Shown here: in pieces, positions 45,665 to 57,494 of the stretch | Numbering within the stretch: position 1 is the stretch's first letter | How the letters are laid out: each line of letters starts with the position of its first letter | Program-made: the position numbers and the translations under genes | From: Podarcis tiliguerta | Lineage: Eukaryota | Reading direction: 5' to 3' (one strand) | NCBI GenBank assembly: GCA_965153285.1 | Contig: OZ229110.1 | Length of the DNA stretch: 64,000 bases | The notes under the pieces: model-generated | What the model was told of the DNA's origin: nothing | The model's input: the letters and a program-made list of their open reading frames with translations, nothing else | Databases searched by the model: none

Positions 45665-48416
45665 TATATGCTCCTTAAGGTCAGGACAACTTGCAGTATC
45701 TTTGCTCTCCATCCTCATCTAGATTTGGGCCTGAAAGTCCAAGAAGTGTGGGTGCATGGAGGGTAAGTTTAAGTCAGCACATGTGTCACTGCACATCCTG
45801 ACTAGTGATCAAGAGGTATGTATGTGAAGACATCAGCCTTAGCTTCTGGTTCTCATGCTTTGTGGAGCTTGGACCAGTTCAAGAGAGCCTTAATTTTGTT
45901 GCTAAACCTGCAGGGTTTGTTGTTAGCTGAATCACACTGCAAAGCCATGGTGCCCATAAGGGAATCACAGCTGGTGACAGTTTTCTGCTTTTACTAGAAG
46001 TTTATGCTATGTGTGTCATTTGATATTTTTCTATCTGCACAACTCTTAATTTCTCTGCAAAAATTCCACCTTCTCTTCCATGGAGTGAGGTTATTCAACA
46101 GTGGCCTCTTGTGATAGTTCCAAGTACTGCTATGTTATCCTCTACGTTTATATGGATCAGAAATGAGTCTTGCTGAACCAGAACTCTTCAGTATTTTCAG
46201 ACCCAGAATCCATCTTTAGGTCAACCAAGAATGCATTTGAGAATCCACTTCTTAATTTTTCTACCATTTATTTGTTTGGGGGTAGTATAGCTGTTGTTAC
46301 ACACCTTAGATCAAGTTGTGACACCATGCTGCCAGTAGGTTAATGTGCTAATAGACCATAGCTATAGCCTGCTTTGGCTAGTGTAGCAAATCTTGCAGCA
46401 CAAATCACAAGGTATAATGAGGAAATGAAAGATGTTTAACATATCTGCTGACTGTTGTTTATTTGCATAAACACTTGGTAAATCTTAGGTGTGAAGAGCT
46501 GTAGCACCAAGAACACAGAAGATATTCAATCTTTCCATTCCATCTGTCTAGTTTCCACTCACAAGTGTGGCACTTTTGCAAAATATATATTTGATTGTCA
46601 GAATACTTTTCCTGCATGTACTGGAAACAATTTCAGAATTATGTGAGCATGCCCTCAGGGTTTGTTTGTTTTACATGTTCAACATTTTAGGAGTGGGGGT
46701 TTGTTTGTGATGTCCACGAAGTCATTGAACTGGGTAGATGTGTGTGTTTTTAAAAAAATGTTCAGAAGGATGTACATTTGCATCCAGACCCATCAGTTGT
46801 AACATACGACAAGCTGCCTGTACAGAGAACTGGGTCAAGTCCCTAGTCCTTGGAACAACAGTTCATCCGATGTTCCCATGGGGCTTTATCGAGCTAGAAA
46901 GATATGTGGTGTGCAAAATAATGTTCCGAGTTAAGGGCTAATACAAACGAGAAAATCAAATGATCAAACTTTTATTCGGACAGGTAGGGGTGCATGTTAG
47001 AATTTCACCCCGAGACTTTGTGCTTGTCCTAGCCAGCAATAAACTCTTTACAAAGGCAAAGTGGTGCAGTTTAGTGTTCAGGTACCTGTGGCCCTAAAGC
47101 AGTCTCCAGCAGTCATAGCTGAGTTCTGCTCAGGCTTTGAAGTGACTCCTTCCTGCTTCTGCTCTTCGGTAGAACTTAGGCATCCGAGACACATTTAGTT
47201 CTCGCCTTTTCAACAAGCCCCCAACTTTCCTTTCAGCTCTTTGTGCTGGTTCCTTGACCTTTCTTCTCCAACCCTCTGGTTTGCTTCTCTCAATTGCAAC
47301 AGATTCCTGACCTGGAGAACTAAATGTTGAAAAGACGACTCATATCACAGGACCAGACTTCTGGAAAGTTCTGTTCTGTAGAAGGCAACATCTCAGAGAG
47401 ACTCCAAGGTTGAGAGGAGGCCGCCCTCTGCAAGGCCCAACAGATTGCTAGGCTTTGCAGACTGAACAAGGTAGGCCAAGAGATACTTTTGATATTAATT
47501 CATTTGCTTCCTGGACCTTATTCCAGACAGTGTTGTAAATAATGTGTGTTAGAGGCAACAAACATTCAGTTTTGAGCAACAATTTTGTGAAGATCTCCAT
47601 TAACCCTTATTATATCACAACGGTAAGACAGAAACAGAATCTTCAACATATTTTACAGGGATAATAACAATTTATAACAGGGAAACTTTATAAATTAGGG
47701 TGGGGGCTCAGATTCGTAGTTTTGCTTTCTATGGCAAGGGAGTCACAGAACCCAACTATATTTAAGGAAGTGAGATAATCTCCTCAAAATAATTGGGGGG
47801 TCCCCTTATTCTTCCATTCATTCATATTCACCTCTATTTTTCTTGCTCCATCACTCTCTTTTTCATTTCCCAAGATTTCCTAGGTTTCCTTCCTTCTCTG
47901 TTGTTTTTTATTCCTTACTCTCTCTCTCTGTTAATTCTTACTTTCTTCTTCTATCTTTCATGTTCTTTCAGCTACAAAAAGTTCAGGGGAGAACAGTGTA
48001 CTGGCTGCTTGTTCAGTGGGACAAGAATCTTAGAGTAAACCTTGGTGCTATGTCGAATGCAACTCAGATTGCCTTGGACCTAATCTTCCACCTTTTTTAA
48101 AAAAGTGTGGTTCTGAATCTATCACCACACATCTGGTTGGACATATATTTGCCATTGCCTTTCCCAGTGGCAGCATTTAATCAGCATGCTTATTTTTTTA
48201 CACAATAATTTAATTTCACAGCACCAAAATGAAAAAGCACTTTAACACAATTTTTAAAAACAAAAACCAGGGGTTCCCCCTCCCATTAAGCAGCATTTTA
48301 GTATTGTTTCTTTCCCACCTCATCTTCTAATTTGCTATTAAACACTTCTAATTTGCTGTCTCCACACACAAGACCATGTCAAGCTCACTAGAATGGGAAG
48401 ACAGTGAAAATGTATA

Positions 48417-48755
48417 CAGTGGTGCCTCGCAAGACGAAAAGAATCCGTTCCGTGAGTCTCTTCGTCTAGCGGTTTTTTCGTCTTGCGAAGCAAGCCCATT
48501 AGCGGATTAGCGCTATTAGCGGCTATTAAAGGCTTAAGGGATTAGCGGATTAGCTGCTAAAAGGCTATTAGCAGCTTAGTGCCTTAGAAAAAGGGGGTGA
48601 GGAGCGAAAAAAACAACCCAGGAATCGCAAGACATTTTCGTCTTGCGAAGCAAGCCCATAGCTAATTCGTTTTGCGAAGCACCTCCAAAACGGAAAACCC
48701 TTTCGTCTAGCGGGTTTTCCCTCTTGCGAGGCATTCGTCTTGTGGGGCACCACTG
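48417..48755. mobile_element. Tc1/mariner(pogo)-type MITE, family C
   Basis: TA|CAGTGGTGCCTCGCAAGACGAA...TTCGTCTTGTGGGGCACCACTG|TA, with internal short TTAGCGG repeats. Confidence 0.85.
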
Positions 48756-50439
48756 TACTGACAAAGAGTGCTGCACTCCCGAAATCTGAAAATTGCAAGC
48801 GTACAAAATTGCACATGCAGCTTACAATAGTAGAGCAATGGTTGTGTAGTGTTAGGAGCTACCAGCCTTAGACATACCCAAATACATCTGAGTTCAGTGG
48901 AAACTATTGCATCGTAAAGATGCTTAAGATTGCAGACTAGTAAGAGTGCGCTTAACACATTCTTGAGTTGGTTTGTTTTTAGAAAAAGGCAGTAAATTAA
49001 ATCCCCTAGGATAGAAATCTAGAGCGATCTATTCTTCACTTTTCAAGAACACTTGTGCTGGTATGGGCTTCCTAATTAGACCACTGTGGAGTAGGAGTAA
49101 TGGCTTATTTGGGATGTGCTGATGTTAGAGTTAGTAACATGACTAATTCTAAATTATTATTTTTTAAAGTATATTATGTTTGTACCCCCGCCTTTCTTCC
49201 ATCCCAGAGTTCAAGGTGTAATATACATGTGGTTCTTGTCTGATCTCCCATCAAAGCAGTGTTAGAAACTGAAATATGAAAGCTAGGAGCTAAATGGCAC
49301 CTTAAACCTAGGTTATGGGTGCAAAAACGGAATGTCTGGGCAAGCTTTTTTATAACAAGAATACAAAGCTGAAAATGAACGAACTGCAGTTAAAATATTA
49401 CATTCATTTTTCACATGGTCTAGTCCTTCCTCTGCCCACCCCCCAAATATTCTTAAGAGGGTCTCTTCTCCAGTCTTCAGAGAGTAGCTGGAAGTGGGGA
49501 GGCAGAAAAAGGTCCTCCTTTCCTTCCACTCTGCAGTTTTAATCTGAAATCTTAGGCGCAGAACTGCAGCCAGAGCTCAGAAACTTTGCACTAATGAAAT
49601 TCCCTGTTGCAAAATGTGCCTAGAACAACGGGAGTTTCAAACACTGCATCAAAGTACTGACTAGACCCAAACCAACTTTGGGTCTAACAAGGTTTGACAA
49701 GGTTTTGTATCATATTCCCTCAGACCATACCTTGGAAGCACATCTACCTTCTGTTACACAACCTTGTTATTCGTCTTTAAAATATCCTTCACGTAATACT
49801 TGCCTTTCTGCAATATGCATTGGCTTTGTAGGGCTTCAAACCACTACTTTTGGTTTAATCCACAATGGTTACGATTCCAAAAAACAAAGCGTGTACAGTG
49901 TACACAGACAGGATTATTACTGCAGTAGCTCTTAGCTCTAAACAGCTCTCGAGTATATAAAACTTTGAGCTGGAAGCTACTATTGCAAAAACAGTGGATA
50001 AATTTGGTGTTTGCATTAAAATGGTGCCTGTGGATTCGGAGATTGCAACTAAGTGCTATGTGGAGTTTATTAGTTGGGTGTGTGGGTGTGTAACTAGAGA
50101 CATGCAGTTGAAAGCTCTTAGCAGGGAGGAATTCCAAATTGGAGTTACTGGATCTCATCTGGGAAAATCAAGATTTGGATAGAATCATGAGTCCACTTTA
50201 CAGTGGATTCCTTTATGAGATGGTCTGAGTGCTACAGCACTTCCTCTGTGCCCATTTTTTTTTTTAAAGACCCAGGGAAGTCTTCCAGCCATCCACAGCC
50301 TGGAGTGGTTAGCAGGGCTTCTTGCCACTCTCACTCTCAGAGTGAATTATACAGCAGAAACATGGCTACCAATGCGCAAACACTTTAAAATCTGCATGGG
50401 AACAGGACAGGATGGACTTAGACCCATCCCCATGTAGTC

Positions 50440-50665
50440 CAGTGGTACCTCGGGTTAAGAACTTAATTCGTTCCGGAGGTTCGTTCTTAACCTGAAACTG
50501 TTCTTAACCTGAAGCACCACTTTAGCTAATGGGACCTCCCACTGCTGCTGTACCGCCGCCACACGATTTCTGTTCTCATCCTGAAGCAAAGTTCTTAACC
50601 CGAGGTACTATTTCTGGGTTAGCGGAGTCTATAACCTGAAGCGTCTGTAACCCGCGGTACCACTG
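50440..50665. mobile_element. MITE family A copy
   Basis: CAGTGGTACCTCGGGTTAAG...CGCGGTACCACTG|TA. Confidence 0.85.
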
Positions 50666-52369
50666 TACTGGGACAGACTGGCCTTTAATGTGTCCATCTA
50701 TCTCTAGAGATCAAGTAAGCTTAGAAGGTTTGATTTTGACATATTGCTGTTGAGAAGAGTTAATTATTGTGCTAGTGAAGTGGAATTAGAAACTACTGTA
50801 GCTGCTTTCTGGTAGCCCATATATGCAGCTCAAAGCCTCCATTGTTGATGAACTAGAATCAGACGTATTTTTTTACTGTAACATGACATCAAATGAAGTG
50901 TAACATGATGAGATTGGTTGTCACCTGCTTTCACAGGTGCTAAAAGATGTTAAGAGGCGTCCATAACATTGGTTGAATTCCACATGGAAGCCACTCCACT
51001 GTTCTCTGATGCAATGTCATGTGGCTTGGACCTGCATCGCAGGGGAATTGGACAAGATGACCCTTGGGAAACATTCCAACTCTACAATTTTATTAACATA
51101 TGCAAATATGAGGGTGAGTCAGATAGCATGGGTAGTTTGCTGGTTGCAGGTGAAAGCCCCGCGTAATCTGCCCTGACCACATGGTTGCAAAATTCACACA
51201 CCATGTGGAATTGTATTGCAGAAAGATGACTTCCACATGGGTGCATGTGTAAAGCACAGGCAGCAGGAATTCCACCAGCCATATCAATTCTGATGCCCGT
51301 TGCCGCTTTTGGAAAATGGCAACAATCTTTACCTAATCAGAAAGGAGGGAAAATATGTAAACTTTACATGATCAGCAAGTGGGGGGCAGGAATGACATTC
51401 TATTACTTCCAGCAGTCTATAAATTCCAAAAACAATCTCCCATGTACTTCAGCAGTTATCGCCAGTACATTGATTACAGCTGCACTGTGATGTTGGGATT
51501 TTTCAAAGATGTTAAGACTTGTAGGTATAGATGGGTCCCCACAAACGTAAGAGTCCAGCTGGATCAGGCCAAAAACTCATCTAGCCTAGCATCCTGTTCT
51601 CACAGTGGCCAAGTGGATGGCTGACAGATGCCCACAAGTAGTACATGAGAGCAGAAAAGCACTCTCCCCACTTGTATTCCACAGCATCTAGTAGACATAC
51701 TACCTCTACTAGAAGTAACACAGCCATTGTAGCTAGAAGCCATGGAGAGACTTATCCTCCATTAATTTCTGCACACCCCTTTTAAAGCCATGCAAGTCAG
51801 TGGTCATTACATTTCCTAGCGGCAAATTCAGTAGTTTTCAAGTATGTGTGCTATGAAGAAGTAATCTATTTTGTGTGTTTCTTGTACTACTTTACTCCAT
51901 CTTCTTTATGGCATTTTTTTTGCCCCTTATGAAAGCAATCAAGTCCATTCCCTCATCTCCTGTCTTCTGAGCTAAACATTTCTAGATGAAACTTATTTCC
52001 TTGACTCTTTACTGTTGGGTTTTTCCGTGGTAGTTTTAGCAACCCTCAAGAGTCCTCTTTATTACCCTGTTGATCTTGTTAGCCTTCTCAGTGGCTTTTG
52101 ATACTTTGGATCAGATGGGAAGAACAGCTAGCTTTTTGGAGCTGGCTTTTCAGCATTTTTCCTTTTTTGTTTTCCCACCCTCAAAGAGTTGTTGTTTGTG
52201 ATGCTCTTTGGCATGGGGTGTTCCAGAATACTTTTTCTCATTAATGCCGCTTAATGTCTACATCATCTATGAAGGCACTGGGACAGCCTTGGAATTCTGT
52301 ATCACTAGCTAGTCAGGACTGACAGGCTGACGCAACCAGTGTGTGGAGGTTGTGAAGGAGTGGACTAGA

Positions 52370-53180
52370 GGGGAAAAGCCAAAGGGATCCAGACAAGATA
52401 CTGCTGGTGGGGTAAACCTAGGCTGTAGAAGTGATTAGTGTGTCCATCATGGATGTGGTGGAGATATCCAGATTTGAATACATTTGTAATCTAGGTATAG
52501 TTCTGGATCCAACTCCTGGATAAGGAAGTATTGGTGGTAGCCAGAGGAAACTTTTACCAATGGTGACCGTTACATAGACTCTGCTTTTTGGAGGTACTCC
52601 CCTACATTTATGCATGCTTTTATAGCTTGACTACTACAATGCGGCCTGTGGTGTTTCCATTTAAGATCACCAAGAAGCTGCAAGAATATGTTCTTGCTCA
52701 TCTCCTGATGGACTCTGGGAGGCATTCGCATATTCAGTTAGTCTTGTGGCCTCTGCACCGTCATTCTGTTAGCTTCCAGGGCCAATTCATGGGACTTACC
52801 TTTAAAGCTCCTCAGGGCCTGAGACTTGACATGCCTTTGGAGCCATCTCTCCCTGAATCAATCCAATAAAGAGCCTTGGTTCAGGGGCATCTCCACCCCC
52901 ATTGCTCAGTCTGGACACCAAAGTCCTCCTCTGAGGGTCTTCTGGCGGCTCCCACACTTTGAGAAGTTACAGGGAACCAGGCAGAGAGCCATCTTGGCAG
53001 TGGCATCCTCCCGTCAGATGTCAAGGAGATAAAGAACTACATAACTTTTAGAATACATCTGAAGGCAGCCCTGTATTGGGAAGTTGTTAATGTTTGCTGT
53101 TTTACTATGCTTTTATATGCACTGTAAGCTGCCCAGAGGGGCTGGGGAAACCCAGCCAGATGGGTGGGGTATAAATAATA
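52370..53180 (+). mobile_element. L2 LINE 3' remnant
   Basis: Decayed RT motifs (NLGIVLDP, LDYYNA, KLQ) and the lizard L2 3' tail (CATCTGAAGGCAGCCCTGTAT...GGGTATAAATAATA). A similar tail lies at about 19140-19262. Confidence 0.7.
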
Positions 53181-55630
53181 CCCCTTGTATCTTCACTTTA
53201 TGAAGTCCAAACATCAGCTGTTAAGAGAAGGGCCTTTCTGCTTTTTAAAAAGCTGTAAGACTTACTGGTTTAACTGCTTACTCTTTAGCATGCTGTGGTT
53301 TCTGTAACTAGCATGTGTTGTTTTTAAGTCTGCAGTTAATTGGTTAGCACCATGAGGGCAACTGACATGCAGAAACCCAAGACCCCATAAGTTCTAGAAG
53401 TAAGGTTGGGTGGGCTACCTTTCTACAAAGATAGGTTCTCCGCACCATTGGTAGAGAACCTCTTCCACTATGCTAGAAGCCCTCTGTTGTGTCCTTCACT
53501 ATGGCATTGAGACTTATTAATATAGAGACACTGTGGCTGTTGTCTTCTTTTCTTAATAAAAATCATTTGCTGGTTTGGCACTCCAGATATGTTGTCCAGT
53601 TCTAAACATTCTGGTGGTATCTCAGTCCATCTATTGCCATATGACTTTATAGAAGTCAGCAACTACAGACTCCTGTGCCAAATCCTGCCTTTAGAGAGGG
53701 GGCTCCTGGCCCCTTCAATTACCAGCTTTAGAGGTGGAGCACTGGCCAGCCACCCATCGTGATCTTAGTGTTCTTCTTAGTGCAGGAAGACTAGGTATTC
53801 ACCAGAGATTTATAGAAGTTACATTGTGATCTGAGACGCTTGGTAGGCTCCCAGCTCAAAGGCCAATGGAAGCGTGGATTTTTCTAACACGGGTAATCCT
53901 CTCATGGGGATACGTTAAAATGTTACCTAACTAATAAGGACCGATGTAAGTTTCCTCTTATTCTTCACCTATGTAGGTTAACATGCAGCTTGGTCAGCCC
54001 TCCGTATTCTGCCGCTAAAGCCCTGTACGGTATAGAGTTACAGATGCTGAAGGACACGCAGGATTGTGAACATTGTTTCTACCCACGTGGTCAGCAAATG
54101 ACCTTCATGCTGGCACTCCTGTTGAAAAACTAGAGGAGAAGGCTTAAACGGAAGAGGGGATAAAAAGTGGGGAGTGCATTTCAAGGCAGCACAAAAACCT
54201 GCAAGATTTAACTGGCCTGACAGCATGCTGCTTATTCAGAGCCGTTTACAAAGCACACTGATGTGTTTGGTAACCAAGAGAACACAAAAGCACTGGCCCA
54301 ATAAAATATTTTTATGTGCTCTTGACATTCTCCCCCCCCCGCCGCCCCAAGTTTTTCTTCCCTTGGCACTTATTTTGAGGGAAGAACTAGCATGGATTCG
54401 ATGTCAAAAGACAGGGCTCCCTGAGTTTTGAGCTCTCCCAGTATCCCTGGTAGAATGGTTAAGGCTACAGAATGTCAAATGCCTGGGACTTGCGCATTCT
54501 CCATGGCTGAACAGAAGTGGCTTGGCAGTTACTTCCTCTCCCTTTCTCCACTGCTCAGTCCCTCTGCCAACAGCACCCCTTACCCCATTTCATTTTACAG
54601 CTTTGGACTTCTTACCCTCCAGCACTTTCCTGCTGAAGCACTTTTCTCACGCTACATCACTGCCAAAGCATTACAAATTCCATGACATTATGGAATTACT
54701 TCATGAGCAGAAGTTAATGCAAATTGAGAAAGTTTGCCAGAGCTTTTTTCCCCTTTCTCTCTCTTCAATATGACTACTGCATTCCGGTCACGTAATTAGG
54801 TTTCTTCATGGTACGTTTTGTATCTAGAATTCACGAGCTCACTGGTCTTAGTTAAGTACAAAGATTGTTTTGTGAAGAGAAGGCAGGAAATGTGTGGGGT
54901 AGATCCAGCAAATGAAGCTTTGGTTCCGATGGCAAGGCCTGAAAAGTATCAGGATTCATTCCAAAGCAGCAGAGAAGACTACTTTTCACAGGTCATTCAT
55001 AACTATGTAGGTAAGGGGTTGGTTAAAGCAGAACCAAGGTAAGAGAATGACAGCTACACCTACCTCACCCTCCTTATTGGAGAATGTCAAACCCCCTCCT
55101 CTCAGTCATTTTGGTTAAAGAGAAGAGTTCAACTGAGTAGCTCTGCCTAAACCTGTAAAGTGCTTAAGACAAAGGGAGAGCTGCTCTTTCCTTTCAGGAA
55201 TTGGGGAAGGGGATAAATTCCGGTTCAACTGCTCTAAACACCCTAGGTCAGAGGAGAGAATACCCTTGGGCAGAACAGTGCAGAAAAGAACATCTGGTCT
55301 GGGTGCTGAATGAAGCCAGTCTTTGTTCTTCACATAAGATGATGAACAGCCAAACTCTGGAACGCTATTTTCCACCACCACCCCTTTGGGAGCAGCTTCT
55401 TATAGAAGCATCTGGAAGCCTCCCTGAAGTGAACAGGTCCATGAGGTGAGGGGGGTGGGTGGCTGTGAAGAGACTTCTCCATCCAGCGAAGTCCTCCAAA
55501 GTCCACTTGCTTCTCAGCAGATCTTCATTCTCTGCCAGGTTTTCTTTCACCAGCCAATAAGCAACTGGATATTGAGGTCTGGGGCAGGTGCAAATAACAC
55601 CTCTGCAGTCTGGATGTTTTTACACGGCAT

Positions 55631-55636
55631 TTTATT
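55631..55636 (-). terminator. Probable CARNS1 polyadenylation signal
   Basis: AATAAA on the minus strand about 1.86 kb after the CARNS1 stop. Confidence 0.45.
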
Positions 55637-57494
55637 GTGGGGGAGGAACTATTATGCCTGCCTGGTTACAGAAGTGTTGGGAAGGATAGGCAGGCAGGAA
55701 GGCAGGGTCACCAACCCATGTTAGGAGGGCACACTTAACTAATGGTCCTGCTGTTAGTCACCCAATCATGGGCACCCTGGATCTCTCAGTTCCTGCCTCC
55801 CCTCTCCCCCAATGGGATCAATATGCCTGTCATTTTAAGCCTCACAGGCTCTGGAATGTCATCCCAGGCCCTTCAGGTGCTCCATCCTGCAACTGCTCTT
55901 TCAGAAGCTGCAGGAAACCCATGAGCTATTAAACAAGTGTGGTAGGCTGATGGACCCTCTAGATGCTGTTGGACTGCAGCTTCCATCATCTCTGATCATT
56001 GGCCATGTCTGGCTGGGGCTGACAGAAGTCATAGTCCAACCGCTTCTGGAGGGCCAGAGTTTTCCACTAGCGTGCTAAACAGACAAGAGATGCTCTTCCA
56101 CCATGCCAGTCAAAACTGCTTTTGCTTCTTTTTCCTTTATGCTGGTTATAGGCATTTTTAAGGATGCTGGTACTAAATTGGTAATGTCACTTATTTGGGG
56201 ATGCTAGGACTATGCACAAAGCATTACTACTTCACCATAATTCAGAGTGGTGGCAAGGTTGTGGCTTGTTATTGCAGAAACACTCAGGAATGCTGGCACT
56301 ATGGTTTCTTAGTAGTGTAGGGTCTTCAGGGGCATTGGAAGGGGCTTCCGTTGGAAGGCTGATTATTTTAAGGTAAGTCAGGAGTGCTGGTGCTGTTTTT
56401 CACTGGAGATTCTCATATGCTAATGTGTTACTGGTGGGTGCTTAGAAGCTCTGTCACAGCGATATCCTACTGTAGGGTCTCTCTTGGGACACTGCAGGGA
56501 GATTGTTACAGCAGTTTCTCTTGCAAGCACTGAAAACTTGGTTGGCGGCTTCTCCCAGCACCTAAGCATGCATGTCAGAGATTGCCACAGCATCACTGTT
56601 TGCCCTCTTGTTATTTCTATGGTCATTTTATGAGCACAGTATTGTGCATGCTCATTAGCTCCTAAAAGGATCACGCGGCGCTAGGATGTTACTGCGGGGG
56701 TTTGCAAGTGCTGAGTCAGTGGAACTAGCTTGTTAATGTCTTACATTCTACTGCTCTGTAAACATCTGTTATTGCAGGCTTGCATATGGTCCTTTTGTTA
56801 CAGTAGGTTGGCAGAGGTGTTTGCGGGACTTTCCCGTAAGTAGATGTTTGCATACAGGGGTTCGATGTTGGGGGGGGGGGGAGAATGCTCAGTCAGATTT
56901 GCACTATTTTGCTCTTGCAGGATCACTGAAGTATTGTGGCTGGTGGGGACTGTAAGAATTTTTTGACCCCAGCCCTCTTCCCACTGATTTTGGAAGCATG
57001 AAGTAGGATCTCTCCAGGGGATGCCTGGCCATGAGCCAACAACTTTTCCCCCAGCGGAAGAAAGGGAAAGTGAAGAGGCGAGATCTTGCCTCTGTGTATG
57101 GTGGTGGGGAGGAACAATGTAGGACCCAAGGTTGTAGTTGGGGAATTAAGCAGAGCTGCAAATAAAGGAAGAGGAGATGACTTCAAGAAGGGTGGGACTC
57201 TGCATTGAATAGGACCCCCCCGCAAAAGGAGGATGTGAGCCCATTCAAGGGTGTGAATGGTGTGTGTGTGTGGCACTTACCAGAGATGGCACCAGATGGT
57301 GCCACGCTCCTTCCTGAGGGAGACAGCAGCCACGTGAGAAAGACTGTAGGAAATAGGGTGTTTGTGTAAGAATGCAAACCCCAGTGGTGAGTTGGGAGCA
57401 AGGGAAGGCTAATTTAGGAGCAGGGGCAGGCAAGGCTCCCTCTCCGGAGCAGGCCCAGGCTCAGCTCCAGACGGAGGGAGCCATATCTCCAAGG

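Noticed and set aside
54818-55449. Possible plus-strand coding exons (donors at 55011, 55039, 55446; acceptor at 55198)
   Set aside because: The joined phases hit stop codons, there is no recognisable homology, and the donor density is about what chance would give.
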